DNA of 62,530 nt from an uncultured Nitrospiraceae bacterium (GTDB lineage: Bacteria > Nitrospirota > Thermodesulfovibrionia > Thermodesulfovibrionales > UBA9159). Both the position numbers and the translations under genes were made by a program. The notes beneath the pieces were generated by a model, which had not been told where the DNA came from, did no database searches, and saw only the letters and a program-made list of their open reading frames with translations. Shown here in pieces: positions 1 through 9,016 of the stretch (position 1 is the first letter of the stretch; every line of letters begins with the position of its first letter). The stretch is taken from positions 1 to 62,530 of the forward strand of contig CAYYWY010000012.1 in the NCBI GenBank assembly GCA_964475485.1, in the 5' to 3' direction.

Positions 1-63
1 GGGTCCTCCAAGAATATTATTAAATCACCTGACCGTTCTGTCCAGACACAGACCAGCATCTTC

Positions 64-72
64 ATTATAACA
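64..72 (-). promoter_or_regulatory. Extended -10 element for a leftward gene starting just outside the window
   Basis: Minus strand reads TGTTATAAT. A GGAGGA Shine-Dalgarno lies at 4-9 (minus) right at the window edge. Confidence 0.4.
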
Positions 73-146
73 GATTTGGTGGCTTAAACTATCCGTCATA
101 GTTACGCGAAACCGATTGCTTCAAGGCGAATTCGCGCGAACCGTCT

Positions 147-228
147 TATCCGTCATCCCGGCGTGTCTGGGATCTTTCTTGGCCTTTTGAGGAGGATTCC
201 CGGCGCGCTTCCCTCGAGGGAATGACAG
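147..228. repeat. REP-like palindromic element (GTCAT...ATGAC family)
   Basis: TATCCGTCATCCCGG...GGGAATGACAG; same ends as the element at 10598-10765. Confidence 0.7.
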
Positions 229-303
229 ATTGGGGGGACTTCGAAAGTGACTCTGTGGTGCGTTTCCCGTGTATTTTAAAAAGTGTCTTATTGGAACTAT
301 AAT

Positions 304-470
304 AATACGCAGATCCAGTGATAACTGGATCAATACGTTGCCAGGACGGTCATTGCGAGGAGCCAACGGGTGCGTGGCAATTCATTAAGGAAGTCGAGAT
401 TGCTTCGTCTCCTGCCTGCCGGCAGGCATGCCACCCGCAATGACATTTCTTATCGCTGGATTTGGGTAAT
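304..470. mobile_element. MITE-like non-autonomous element, copy 1, carrying a nested 21-bp palindromic insert
   Basis: Imperfect terminal inverted repeats (CAGATCCAGTGATAA / TTATCGCTGGATTTG) and an internal GTCATTGCG...CGCAATGAC hairpin. Highly similar to 4617-4767. Confidence 0.7.
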
Positions 471-481
471 AAATTCCTCCA

Positions 482-1690
482 ATGCCGATTGTTATTATGA
501 ATAAAGGTAAGGCGCTTTTAAGGAAATTCTTTCTTTTCACACTCCTGCCTTTGACTCAAATGGTCTCCCAGGCTGACGCTGGAGTCTCTGAAGCTGTGCT
601 GAGCCGGAGAAACGCTGTTGTGATTGTGCTCGTCAACGATAAAGACGGCTCGCCCGTTGCCACCGGCAGCGGCTTTATCCTGAATTCGAGGGGTGTGGTC
701 GCAACGAGCTGCAATATAATTGGAAAGTGGGTCGAAAGACCGGAGTATACCCTGGTTGTAAAGACAGAGGACGGCGCGACTTTTCCCATTATGGATCTGC
801 TCTCGGGTAACTGCAGGAACCACCTTGCGTTGTTTAAGTTAAGAGGAGATGACTTTCCGGCTGCGAAGCTCGCCTCGGGCTTTGCGCCGAGGTCGGGCGA
901 TGGTGTTTTTATTATCGACAGATCCTCCGGCAAGGAGATTACAGTTTCAGGAGTCGTGAGCTATCCGGGGGGCAAGGACGGGATATTTCAGGTCTCAGTC
1001 CCTCTGACTCCGGAGCGCGAGGGAAGCGCAGTGTTCAATACAAAGGGCGAAATCATAGGTATCTGGACATTCCCTCCCGGCAAGGGGCAGGGCCGGCATA
1101 TGGTAGTTCCGGTGAAGTATATGGATAAGGAGTTCAACAAGTACAAAGGCTTTATAAAGGAAACATTTACTCCCAGGCCTGCCCCCGTCCCGTTGCCTCT
1201 CCCTCCTGTCAGCAGCCCCGAAATATTAGGACCCCCGCCCGCGCAACGCACGGCAGAAGAGGAATTCCGCCGTGGGGCGGAGTACGAAGGTGCGAAGATG
1301 TATAGAGAAGCCATTGAGGCTTACGAGAGTGCTATCAGGATGAAGCCCGGTTACGGTGAAGCCCATGCGAGCGTAGGGCTTGTGTATTACAGGCTGGGCA
1401 GATACTCTGAGGCAATCGAGGCGTATAGGCAGGCCTTGAAGTTCAAGCCCGGCGCCCAGTATGTGTACAACAGGCTTGGTACCGCATATATCATCACAGG
1501 CGAATACTCAAAGGCCCTTAGTTCTTTCAAACAATCCCTTAGTCTCGATCCCGGCAGCGCTGAGACGCATTTCAATCTCGGCGTGGCCTGTATCATTGCA
1601 GGGGACAGGGACGGCGCTGTAGAGCAATACGTAATCCTGAAGGAGATTGACAGGGCGAGAGCAGAAAAATTGCTTGACCTTATCCGGTAA
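482..1690 (+). CDS. Exported trypsin-like peptidase-domain protein with C-terminal TPR repeats, probably catalytically inactive
   Basis: Signal-like N-terminus (start may be ATG 497), ATGSGFIL and AVFNxxGEIIGI trypsin_2 motifs, Pro-rich linker, about 4 TPRs. Confidence 0.85.
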   Translation: MPIVIMNKGKALLRKFFLFTLLPLTQMVSQADAGVSEAVLSRRNAVVIVLVNDKDGSPVATGSGFILNSRGVVATSCNIIGKWVERPEYTLVVKTEDGATFPIMDLLSGNCRNHLALFKLRGDDFPAAKLASGFAPRSGDGVFIIDRSSGKEITVSGVVSYPGGKDGIFQVSVPLTPEREGSAVFNTKGEIIGIWTFPPGKGQGRHMVVPVKYMDKEFNKYKGFIKETFTPRPAPVPLPLPPVSSPEILGPPPAQRTAEEEFRRGAEYEGAKMYREAIEAYESAIRMKPGYGEAHASVGLVYYRLGRYSEAIEAYRQALKFKPGAQYVYNRLGTAYIITGEYSKALSSFKQSLSLDPGSAETHFNLGVACIIAGDRDGAVEQYVILKEIDRARAEKLLDLIR

Positions 1691-1712
1691 AATGACAGAA
1701 AGCTAAGGAAAC

Positions 1713-2228
1713 TTAAGGCTTTATCTCAACGGGGGTGCCGTCGGGAACATACTGCCAGATCTCTTCCATTTCGGCATTCGTAACAGCTATGCAGCCGTTC
1801 GTCCAGTCATCAAAGCCGTGCAGTTTGCCGATGTCATCTGAGCCGTTCGGCAATCCGTGGATCATTATCCCGCCGCCCGGGGAAACTCCGAGCTTCCTGG
1901 CGAGAGCAAGGTCCGACTCGTTGGGATATGATATGTGGAGCGCAAGATAGTACTTGCTCTTCGGATTTCTCGAATCTACGAGGTAACTTCCCTCAGGCGT
2001 CCTGTTGTCTCCTGCCCGGATCTTGTGTCCTTTCGGCTGTTTGCCCAGCGCGACCCGGTAGGTCTTGAATATCTCCCCGTCCTTCAGGAGGATCATCAGC
2101 CGCTTGCCCTTGATCACGACCACTTTGTCGGCCTTCCCCGCTGTGGCTGAGGCGTCTTCGGGCATTGACGGGAAGCCCCAGACCAGGGCTGTCAAAAGTA
2201 TCGGGAGGATGAGCACATCCTTCTTCAT
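1713..2228 (-). CDS. L,D-transpeptidase (YkuD family)
   Basis: GDxRTPEG and HG...WTNGCIA motifs. Start set at ATG 2228, which precedes a signal peptide. Confidence 0.9.
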   Translation of the reverse strand: MKKDVLILPILLTALVWGFPSMPEDASATAGKADKVVVIKGKRLMILLKDGEIFKTYRVALGKQPKGHKIRAGDNRTPEGSYLVDSRNPKSKYYLALHISYPNESDLALARKLGVSPGGGIMIHGLPNGSDDIGKLHGFDDWTNGCIAVTNAEMEEIWQYVPDGTPVEIKP

Positions 2229-2411
2229 CTGATCTCGAAAGGTAATTCGCGCAAATTCCTCACCCAAATGATAAATGATAATGGCAGAGTGACCCCTGTT
2301 GTCAAGGCGTGAAATTGCCTCCAATCAAAAAAAAGGCCCGGAAGCAGCGACACTGCAGTCCCGCCGCGACTCGAACTCAACAGCGACAAAAACAGGTGGT
2401 ATAATGAAGCC

Positions 2412-3029
2412 ATGGATGACCTCGCCAGGGATTACGTGATCTCTTTTTATGGCAGGATGCTGAGGATGTTTGGGGATAGGCCGGAGTCCCTCGGATGGAC
2501 CCGTAACGGACAGGTTCTCCATTATGAGGCCCTCCTCGACATCGGCAATATTGAGGGCAAGAATATCCTCGACTTCGGATGCGGGAAGGGGGATTTTTAT
2601 CGCTTTCTCAGAGAAAAGCAGGTTTGCACCCATTACTCGGGTTTTGATATCAACGAAGACCTCATAACAGTTGCGAGGAAGAGGTACCCCGGGGTCTGCT
2701 TCAGGGTTTTCGACATAGAAACGGATATAATGGAAGAGGATTTCGACTACATATTTCTATGTGGTGTCTTCAATCTCAAAGTCCAGGGAATAGGGCAGAC
2801 CGTAAGGAAAACCCTGAAGACGCTTTTCGGTCATTGCAAGGTAGGGTTGGCCTTCAATGCCCTCTCGTCTCACAGTCCGAAGAAGGATTTCGAGCTGCAC
2901 TATGAATCACCCGGTGAGCTGTTTTCCTTTGCGGTGGAAAACCTCTCTCCGCTTGTTTCCCTGCGGCATGACAGGATCCCCTATGACTTCACGATGTTCG
3001 TATATAAGGGCGTCAACTCCTTTTCCTGA
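2412..3029 (+). CDS. Class I SAM-dependent methyltransferase
   Basis: ILDFGCGKG motif I, GFDI, FDYIFLCGVF. Confidence 0.9.
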   Translation: MDDLARDYVISFYGRMLRMFGDRPESLGWTRNGQVLHYEALLDIGNIEGKNILDFGCGKGDFYRFLREKQVCTHYSGFDINEDLITVARKRYPGVCFRVFDIETDIMEEDFDYIFLCGVFNLKVQGIGQTVRKTLKTLFGHCKVGLAFNALSSHSPKKDFELHYESPGELFSFAVENLSPLVSLRHDRIPYDFTMFVYKGVNSFS

Positions 3030-3114
3030 CCTGTATTCTTCCCGGATTTCAGTCTTTCGTTAGTTGGGGAACTTTCTTTGGCGTTTGAGAGGTATCGTCT
3101 GTTATGATATAAGT

Positions 3115-3309
3115 ATGCAGATGGACAACACGAACGGCAGGATGAGCTGCAGATGTTGCGGAGGCGAGCTGAAGCTGTTCTTCGGCTGAAGGTCTGTCTC
3201 CCTGCGCTGCATGTCATGCAGAAAGGATTTCAGGGTCTCGGAGTATATGGATGAAATCGACGAGGATATGTGGAATCTCATCTCCGGGCGGCCCTGCAAC
3301 CGCGCATAG
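3115..3309 (+). CDS. Small dual-CxxC selenoprotein, 64 aa, Sec at codon 25
   Basis: Hand translation MQMDNTNGRMSCRCCGGELKLFFG-U-RSVSLRCMSCRKDFRVSEYMDEIDEDMWNLISGRPCNRA. In-frame TGA at 3187-3189, hairpin 23 nt downstream, extended -10 upstream. It fills an otherwise empty intergenic gap. Confidence 0.8.
3190..3227 (+). promoter_or_regulatory. Putative bacterial SECIS element
   Basis: Stem CTGCAT (3207-3212) / ATGCAG (3216-3221) with G-first loop GTC and lower pairing CCT/AGG, immediately 3' of the UGA. Confidence 0.65.
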
Positions 3310-3322
3310 GCACTTTATCCCT

Positions 3323-4423
3323 TCATTTCGGCAAGGTTTCTCCCTTCACCCCCATCGCTTCAGCAAGCGCTCTGTGAACAATCTCTCCACGATAGGTGTT
3401 GAGGGAACTCTGTATCGCGGGATCCTCTCTGACCGCCCTCTCGATTCCCATGCTTGCTATTGTCCTGATGTAAGGTAGGGTTACATTGGTCAGGGCCAGG
3501 GTAGCTGTCCTCGGGTACGCGCCCGGCATGTTGGCAACCGTGTAGTGGATAACACCGTCCGTCTCGTAAACGGGAGCGTCGTGGGTTGTGGGGCGCGAGG
3601 TCTCGATACATCCCCCTTGATCCACGGAAACATCCACGATAACCGAGCCCTTTCCAATAGTGCGTAACATCTCCCTTGTTATAAGTACAGGAGTCTTTCC
3701 CCCTGGCACAAGTATTGCCCCTATGATGATGTCGGAGTCCTTTATCTCTTCCTTGAGATTATGTGACGTAAGGGGCAACGTCTCGACCCTTCCCCTGAAC
3801 ATCTCATCCATCTTCTGTAGCCCTTCAATACCCCTGTTGATGACAACAGTCTCCATCCCGAGGCCCACAGCCACCATGGCGGCGTTGGTTCCCACGACTC
3901 CAGCACCGAGTATGAGGAGTTTTGCAGGCTTTACTCCCACTGCGCCTGTGGGAAGAACGCCTTTGCCGCCCTTGAATCTCTGAAGGTAGTAGGCTCCCAT
4001 GAGGGGGGCCATCCTCCCCGCGATCTCGCTCATGGGAGACAGAAGGGGAAGCCTGCCATCCTTCTGAAGTGTTTCATACCCCAGCCCGGTCACCTTTCTG
4101 TTCAGCAGCACTTCGGTGAGTTGACGGTTCGGCGCCAGATGGAGGAAGGTGAACACAGCCTGCCCCTCACGCAGCAGACCATATTCTCCGGGAAGCGGTT
4201 CCTTCACCTTGACGATTAATTCGGCCTTTCCGAACAAAACCTCCCTGTCAACGATATCGGCATCCGTGTTCAGGTACTCTTCATCGGAAAAACCGCTTCC
4301 ATCCCCCGCGCCGCTCTCGACCAAAACCGTGTGGCCGTCCCTCTTCAGCTCTTCAGCTCCGAAGGGTGTGATGCTCACCCTGAACTCTTCCTTCTTTATT
4401 TCCCTCGGCACGCCGATGATCAT
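3323..4423 (-). CDS. ald: Alanine dehydrogenase
   Basis: IGVPREIK, VKVKEP, PMSEIAGR, GAGVVG, DQGGCIETS, VANMPGA motifs. Confidence 0.97.
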   Translation of the reverse strand: MIIGVPREIKKEEFRVSITPFGAEELKRDGHTVLVESGAGDGSGFSDEEYLNTDADIVDREVLFGKAELIVKVKEPLPGEYGLLREGQAVFTFLHLAPNRQLTEVLLNRKVTGLGYETLQKDGRLPLLSPMSEIAGRMAPLMGAYYLQRFKGGKGVLPTGAVGVKPAKLLILGAGVVGTNAAMVAVGLGMETVVINRGIEGLQKMDEMFRGRVETLPLTSHNLKEEIKDSDIIIGAILVPGGKTPVLITREMLRTIGKGSVIVDVSVDQGGCIETSRPTTHDAPVYETDGVIHYTVANMPGAYPRTATLALTNVTLPYIRTIASMGIERAVREDPAIQSSLNTYRGEIVHRALAEAMGVKGETLPK

Positions 4424-4616
4424 GCTGACTCCTTTATAGAATTAAGACTTGGAATTCAGAGAAATTATATCAAATATTATGATCTTTTTTATTGACCCGG
4501 AAATGTCCGTCGTCATCCCCGGCACACCCCGGCCTCTTCCCAATGAGCCGTTGACTCGAAACCATGACAGAGAGGTTACGGAATTATCTCCGTACCAACA
4601 TTGCACATGGTGTATA

Positions 4617-4767
4617 CTTATTCCAGAATCCAGCGATAAGCAGGCTAATTGTTTGTCCGGTCTGTCATTGCGAGCACCCAACAGGTGCGTGGCAATCTCA
4701 TTAAGAAAGTCGAGATTGCTTCGTCTCACCCGCAATGATATTTCGTATCGCTGGATTTGGGTTATTA
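4617..4767. mobile_element. MITE-like element, copy 2, without the insert
   Basis: GAATCCAGCGATAA...TATCGCTGGATTTGGG termini; core GTCATTGCGAG...GAGATTGCTTCGTCTCACCCGCAATGA nearly identical to copy 1. Confidence 0.7.
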
Positions 4768-4789
4768 ATAGTCTCGAGATAGTAAAGTA

Positions 4790-4815
4790 TTCCCCCCTTT
4801 GGAAGAGAGGGGGAA
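4790..4815. repeat. CCCCCCTT...AGGGGG palindrome family member
   Basis: TTCCCCCCTTTGGAAGAGAGGGGGAA; related hairpins at 12161, 13833, 48038 and 52312. Confidence 0.5.
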
Positions 4816-4845
4816 GGAGATGTTTTCAAAAATGGACATTCAGTT

Positions 4846-5406
4846 ATGAGACCATTGATACGCATGCGAAAGAACCCCCTGGGGATATTTTCGGTTCTCG
4901 CCGTTTCCCTGCTCGCAGTATTCTATTTCTTTCAGGACAGGGAGCTGACAGGCGCCCAGAGGTCTGGTGTTCCCGCCGCAAGGGTTGTGGAAGTGCATGA
5001 CGGCGACACTGTGAGCGTGCTCCTTAATGGTAGAAGGGAAAAGGTGAGGCTTATCGGCATTGATGCCCCTGAGCTGGGCCAGCGCCAATGGGGGAGAAAG
5101 GCAAAGAGACATCTGGAAGAACTGCTTGACCCCTCCGGGTGGACAGTCACCCTTGAGTTCGATGTCGCAACAAGGGACAAATACGGAAGGCTCCTTGCAT
5201 ATTTATGGACGCCGGACAGGAGACTCCTGAACATAGAGATGGTGAAGGACGGTTACGCGGCCCTATTCACTTTCCCGCCGAATGTGAAATATGCAGATTC
5301 CCTGAGGGAAGCGCAGCGCTTGGCAAGGAAAAAAGGAATGGGGATATGGGGAAGGAAGGGTCTTAAGCAGATGCCAGAGGATTACCGGAGGGAACATCCC
5401 AGGTAA
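4846..5406 (+). CDS. Thermonuclease (SNase-like) family protein, membrane-anchored or exported
   Basis: VHDGDT, VRLIGIDAPE, DKYGRLLAY motifs; N-terminal hydrophobic segment (start may be ATG 4864). Confidence 0.93.
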   Translation: MRPLIRMRKNPLGIFSVLAVSLLAVFYFFQDRELTGAQRSGVPAARVVEVHDGDTVSVLLNGRREKVRLIGIDAPELGQRQWGRKAKRHLEELLDPSGWTVTLEFDVATRDKYGRLLAYLWTPDRRLLNIEMVKDGYAALFTFPPNVKYADSLREAQRLARKKGMGIWGRKGLKQMPEDYRREHPR

Positions 5407-5407
5407 A

Positions 5408-6598
5408 TCATCCTTTCACTCTTCTTTTGACCTCAAAGCCTTTTTCACCGAGATCGGAAATGATCTCATCAAGATGTCCCTCACCGCGGGTCTCGATCGT
5501 GAAGATCACCCTCGTCTTTCCCACGGGCAAATCTCCAGAGAGCCTGTCGTGGACAACATTCAGGATATTCCCCCTGGCTGATGCGATGAATCCGGTGAGA
5601 ATGTGGAGGCTTCCCGGCGCGTCGTCCACCGTCACCTCAAAAACACCGATCCTGCCGCTGGTCACGAGTCCCTTATGAATTATCTTATCTATGATCGTGA
5701 AATCTATGTTGCCCCCGCTCACGACGAGAACACCGCGCTTTCCGGCAAACCTCTCCTTATTCTCCATGAGGGCTGCAAGCGATACCGCGCCCGCTCCTTC
5801 CACCACGAGCTTCTTCCGTTCGAGGAAGAGGAGTATCGCCATGGCTATGGAGTCTTCACTCACAAGGAGCATGTCGTCGACGTATCTTTCGATGATAGCG
5901 AATGTCCTCTCCCCGACCCTTCCGACCGCGATACCGTCTGCGAGGGTCGGCTGCGGCGGCTTGTCAATAATCCTCTTTTCAAAGAATGAGGAACAGGCTG
6001 ACGGGGCCGATTCCGTCTGAACACCGATAACCATTGTTTTCGAAGACAAGGCCTTTATAGCGAGGGCGATTCCGGAGATAAGCCCTCCGCCCCCCACAGG
6101 CACAAGAATGAAATCGATGTCCGTCATATCGTTGAAGATTTCTATGGCAACGGTCCCCTGACCTGCGATCACCATATCGTCATCAAATGCGTGGATGAAA
6201 AGGTGATCTTTCTGGTTTCCGGCATATTCAAGAGCCTCATGAAAACTCTCTCCATAAAGGACCACCTCGGCGCCGTAGCCCCTGGTCGCCTCCTCCTTTA
6301 CGATGGGAGCAGTTGCCGGCATAACGATCCTGGAGCGGAGACCGAGTTTGCTTGCGGCAAAGGCAACACCCTGTGCATGGTTCCCCATCGATGCGGCGAT
6401 GACCTTCCCGTCCTTTATCTCACTCATTTTATTGAATGCCCCCCTCACCTTGAAGGAGCCTGTCTTTTGAAGATTCTCCGCCTTGAGGAATACCTCTGCA
6501 CCCGTCATCTCGCTGAAGGAGCGTGAATGGATCAGGGGCGTCTTATGGATGTGGTTCTTTATCCTCTCATATGCGTTGCGGATGTCACCGATCTCCAT
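5408..6598 (-). CDS. ilvA: Threonine ammonia-lyase, medium form with ACT domain
   Basis: KAENLQKTGSFKVRGA (PLP lysine), ASMGNHAQG, VGGGGLISG, C-terminal ACT. Start ATG 6598 follows AGGGGTG. Confidence 0.93.
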   Translation of the reverse strand: MEIGDIRNAYERIKNHIHKTPLIHSRSFSEMTGAEVFLKAENLQKTGSFKVRGAFNKMSEIKDGKVIAASMGNHAQGVAFAASKLGLRSRIVMPATAPIVKEEATRGYGAEVVLYGESFHEALEYAGNQKDHLFIHAFDDDMVIAGQGTVAIEIFNDMTDIDFILVPVGGGGLISGIALAIKALSSKTMVIGVQTESAPSACSSFFEKRIIDKPPQPTLADGIAVGRVGERTFAIIERYVDDMLLVSEDSIAMAILLFLERKKLVVEGAGAVSLAALMENKERFAGKRGVLVVSGGNIDFTIIDKIIHKGLVTSGRIGVFEVTVDDAPGSLHILTGFIASARGNILNVVHDRLSGDLPVGKTRVIFTIETRGEGHLDEIISDLGEKGFEVKRRVKG

Positions 6599-6605
6599 TG
6601 TATAA

Positions 6606-7409
6606 TCACCCCTTTCCACGCAGGAGGCCCTTCAGCGGAACAACATAGTAACCCGGTGACACGCGGTATTGCTCTAGAAAGGCAAGAAGGATAGTCTCAG
6701 ACCCGAACATCGAATCCGTCATCAGTTCAAGCGAAAGGTCCAGACTATCCCCTCTCATGCTCCCCTTGACTCTTGCATATATGCCTGTTCCCGTCATCGT
6801 AAGGGACTTCACCTCCACCGAATCGCCATTCATTGTAGCAGCCCCCCGAATCTCATGAAAGAGATCAAGGGGGAGGAATACTCCGCCCAGAGAGGTGCTC
6901 TTCAATTTCGCGTCCCTTACCAAAAATTTCAGATCCCCTGTGTTGCTCTGCAGGACAAACGTTCCTGAAAGGATCCCTTCCCCATATATTCCCATCGGCT
7001 CTAAGAGGGGAATCCCGTTGATCGAGATATCGGCGCCGCTGATTGCGAGTTTGTCCTTCCCTGCAGTCCTGAGTAACCCTTTTATATTGCCGTTATTCAT
7101 CCTGCCTTCAAAACTCAGTTCCGGATTCAGTCTGAAAAGCGACGAAAGCTCAAGCCTGCCGTCCAGGTTACGGAAGACAAGCAGGGCATCGTCAATGCCA
7201 GTCGATGGATTTCTTTTCATAATTGTGATGCTGGCGGCGCTGAAATTGTAGAAGGACCCCTTTTTCACACCTTCGGTCCGGAGATAGAAGTAATCCTTGT
7301 TAAGGGCGCCTTCTATAAGGCCGGAAATGAGGCTCTCTGGTATCGCGATGAACCACAGAGCGGGTGTCAGAAACAGTGCTGCGGCTATGACATAGGCGCT
7401 CTTTTTCAC
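6606..7409 (-). CDS. gspN: Type II secretion protein N
   Basis: Last gsp gene after gspM; N-terminal TM and beta-rich periplasmic part. Confidence 0.75.
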   Translation of the reverse strand: MKKSAYVIAAALFLTPALWFIAIPESLISGLIEGALNKDYFYLRTEGVKKGSFYNFSAASITIMKRNPSTGIDDALLVFRNLDGRLELSSLFRLNPELSFEGRMNNGNIKGLLRTAGKDKLAISGADISINGIPLLEPMGIYGEGILSGTFVLQSNTGDLKFLVRDAKLKSTSLGGVFLPLDLFHEIRGAATMNGDSVEVKSLTMTGTGIYARVKGSMRGDSLDLSLELMTDSMFGSETILLAFLEQYRVSPGYYVVPLKGLLRGKG

Positions 7410-7909
7410 TTCCCGGTGAAAAGGGCGATGGTCATGGTGATATCGAGGAGTTCCGGTTTCTCGAAGGATCTTCTTATCGTCACCCTTTTAACAGAAAGGA
7501 TCATCGGGGCTTCATTTATCCGGTAAAACATGTTCACCAGCTCATTGAGCGTGAGTTTTTCCATCTGGACTTCGGCGCTCTCCTCCGCCATTGAGCCATG
7601 GATCTCCCTGTTGCCAACGGCCTTTACCGACTTCATCTTTCCCTTTATGCCAAGGGAAGATAGCAATGTATCCATCGCATCGGCAATTCCGCGCGTCTGT
7701 ATAATAGCGGACCTCTTCTCGACGGAATCGACGTTGTCTCTCAATGATCTGTATTCGCTGATCAGAGAGGACAATTCCTTCTTCTTAGCCCTGAGAGTAT
7801 CGAGCTCTTTTTTAGCCGACCTCTGCAAAAGGAGGGAAGGGATCAGAAGGATGAAGAGACCGAGGATTACGGAGGCAAGAGCTATGTTGGGGCGGCAACG
7901 AAGCATCAT
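7406..7909 (-). CDS. gspM: Type II secretion protein M
   Basis: TM, coiled coil and ferredoxin-like C-terminus; position after gspL. Confidence 0.75.
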   Translation of the reverse strand: MMLRCRPNIALASVILGLFILLIPSLLLQRSAKKELDTLRAKKKELSSLISEYRSLRDNVDSVEKRSAIIQTRGIADAMDTLLSSLGIKGKMKSVKAVGNREIHGSMAEESAEVQMEKLTLNELVNMFYRINEAPMILSVKRVTIRRSFEKPELLDITMTIALFTGK

Positions 7910-9003
7910 CTCTTCCCTTTCGCCACTATTGTGAAGAGGGTCTTTCCCCCGGCGGACGGTTTTATATCGGAAACGGATACATCCATGATTACGCCGGAGA
8001 GCCCTGTCCTTACCTTATCGATGTCGCTCATAGAAGAGGCCTCACCCTTCATTGTTATAAGGTCTCTGTCGAGGCTTATTTCGGCAAAGGCAATCCCGGT
8101 CGATGTCTTTTGTGAGAGGTCGAGGAGGAACTGGAGAGGATAGACGCCGATCATGGCATCTCCCTTCTCTTTGATAGCTTTCATGTGTGATTTCATCTGA
8201 TACACTTCATCAGCCACTGTCCTTTCATTGGGGAAAAGCCCGGAGTACATGTTCCGCAGCTCTCTCTTAAGTGAAGAGGCCTCATGTTTTGCGGTTACAG
8301 TGCCGAATGCAAGGTATGCGTGGACAAATAATGCCAGCGCAGTGGAAAGAACCGCAGTCAGTCTCAGTGTCTTTTTGACCTTTTCCATACCCTTTGTATA
8401 GGCGAAAGACCCCGTCCTCAAATTAATAGTGCGAGCCGAGAGTTCGGCGCCGGCAGCGCTTATCCTCTCTTCAGGCGTGAGTTCGCCGGGGTGAAGAAGC
8501 CTGAGGGCGATGTCTTCGGCTCCTCCCCTCGCAATCGTTCGAAGCTCAATAGATGTGACGGCCACGGGGTCTATCTGACGGCTGGACAGCCGGTCAAGCG
8601 TTTCTCTCAACAGATTCTTTTCGACATATGCCACCAGGACGTCGAATGCATCGCCTGAGCCGCCCAGCACTACGGCATCGAAGACAACGTTCTCCGCACT
8701 TCCCATGAGGAGATTCGAGAGTTCAAGGGGGATCACTCTCAGGAGCTTTTCCCTATCGGAGAAGGGGAGTTTCAGGACTCTGAAGTTCAGCAGCTCCACA
8801 GGGAGGCTGAGGATGTACTCGCCGACACCGGGCGAATTCAGGGAAGATGCGTCAAAGCCGTCGTACTTGATAACCTTCTCGAATGTGTAGGTTCCTGCCC
8901 GGCCGTTGAACACATAAACACTCCCCGTGAGCGAGTTGCCGGCTCCTTTAACGAGGTCAATGAATCCTATTTTACCCACTGTCGATCTCTGTAAATCGTC
9001 CAA
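7906..9003 (-). CDS. gspL: Type II secretion protein L
   Basis: Actin-like cytoplasmic part (FRVLKLPF), INLRTG motif, TM, PilN-like periplasmic domain. Confidence 0.8.
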   Translation of the reverse strand: MDDLQRSTVGKIGFIDLVKGAGNSLTGSVYVFNGRAGTYTFEKVIKYDGFDASSLNSPGVGEYILSLPVELLNFRVLKLPFSDREKLLRVIPLELSNLLMGSAENVVFDAVVLGGSGDAFDVLVAYVEKNLLRETLDRLSSRQIDPVAVTSIELRTIARGGAEDIALRLLHPGELTPEERISAAGAELSARTINLRTGSFAYTKGMEKVKKTLRLTAVLSTALALFVHAYLAFGTVTAKHEASSLKRELRNMYSGLFPNERTVADEVYQMKSHMKAIKEKGDAMIGVYPLQFLLDLSQKTSTGIAFAEISLDRDLITMKGEASSMSDIDKVRTGLSGVIMDVSVSDIKPSAGGKTLFTIVAKGKR

Positions 9004-9016
9004 TCGATCATGAGCG

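Noticed and set aside
4449-5000. 183-aa ORF, plus ORFs 121-366 and 10604-10807
   Set aside because: These are translations of palindromic repeat elements; no RBS or protein motifs.
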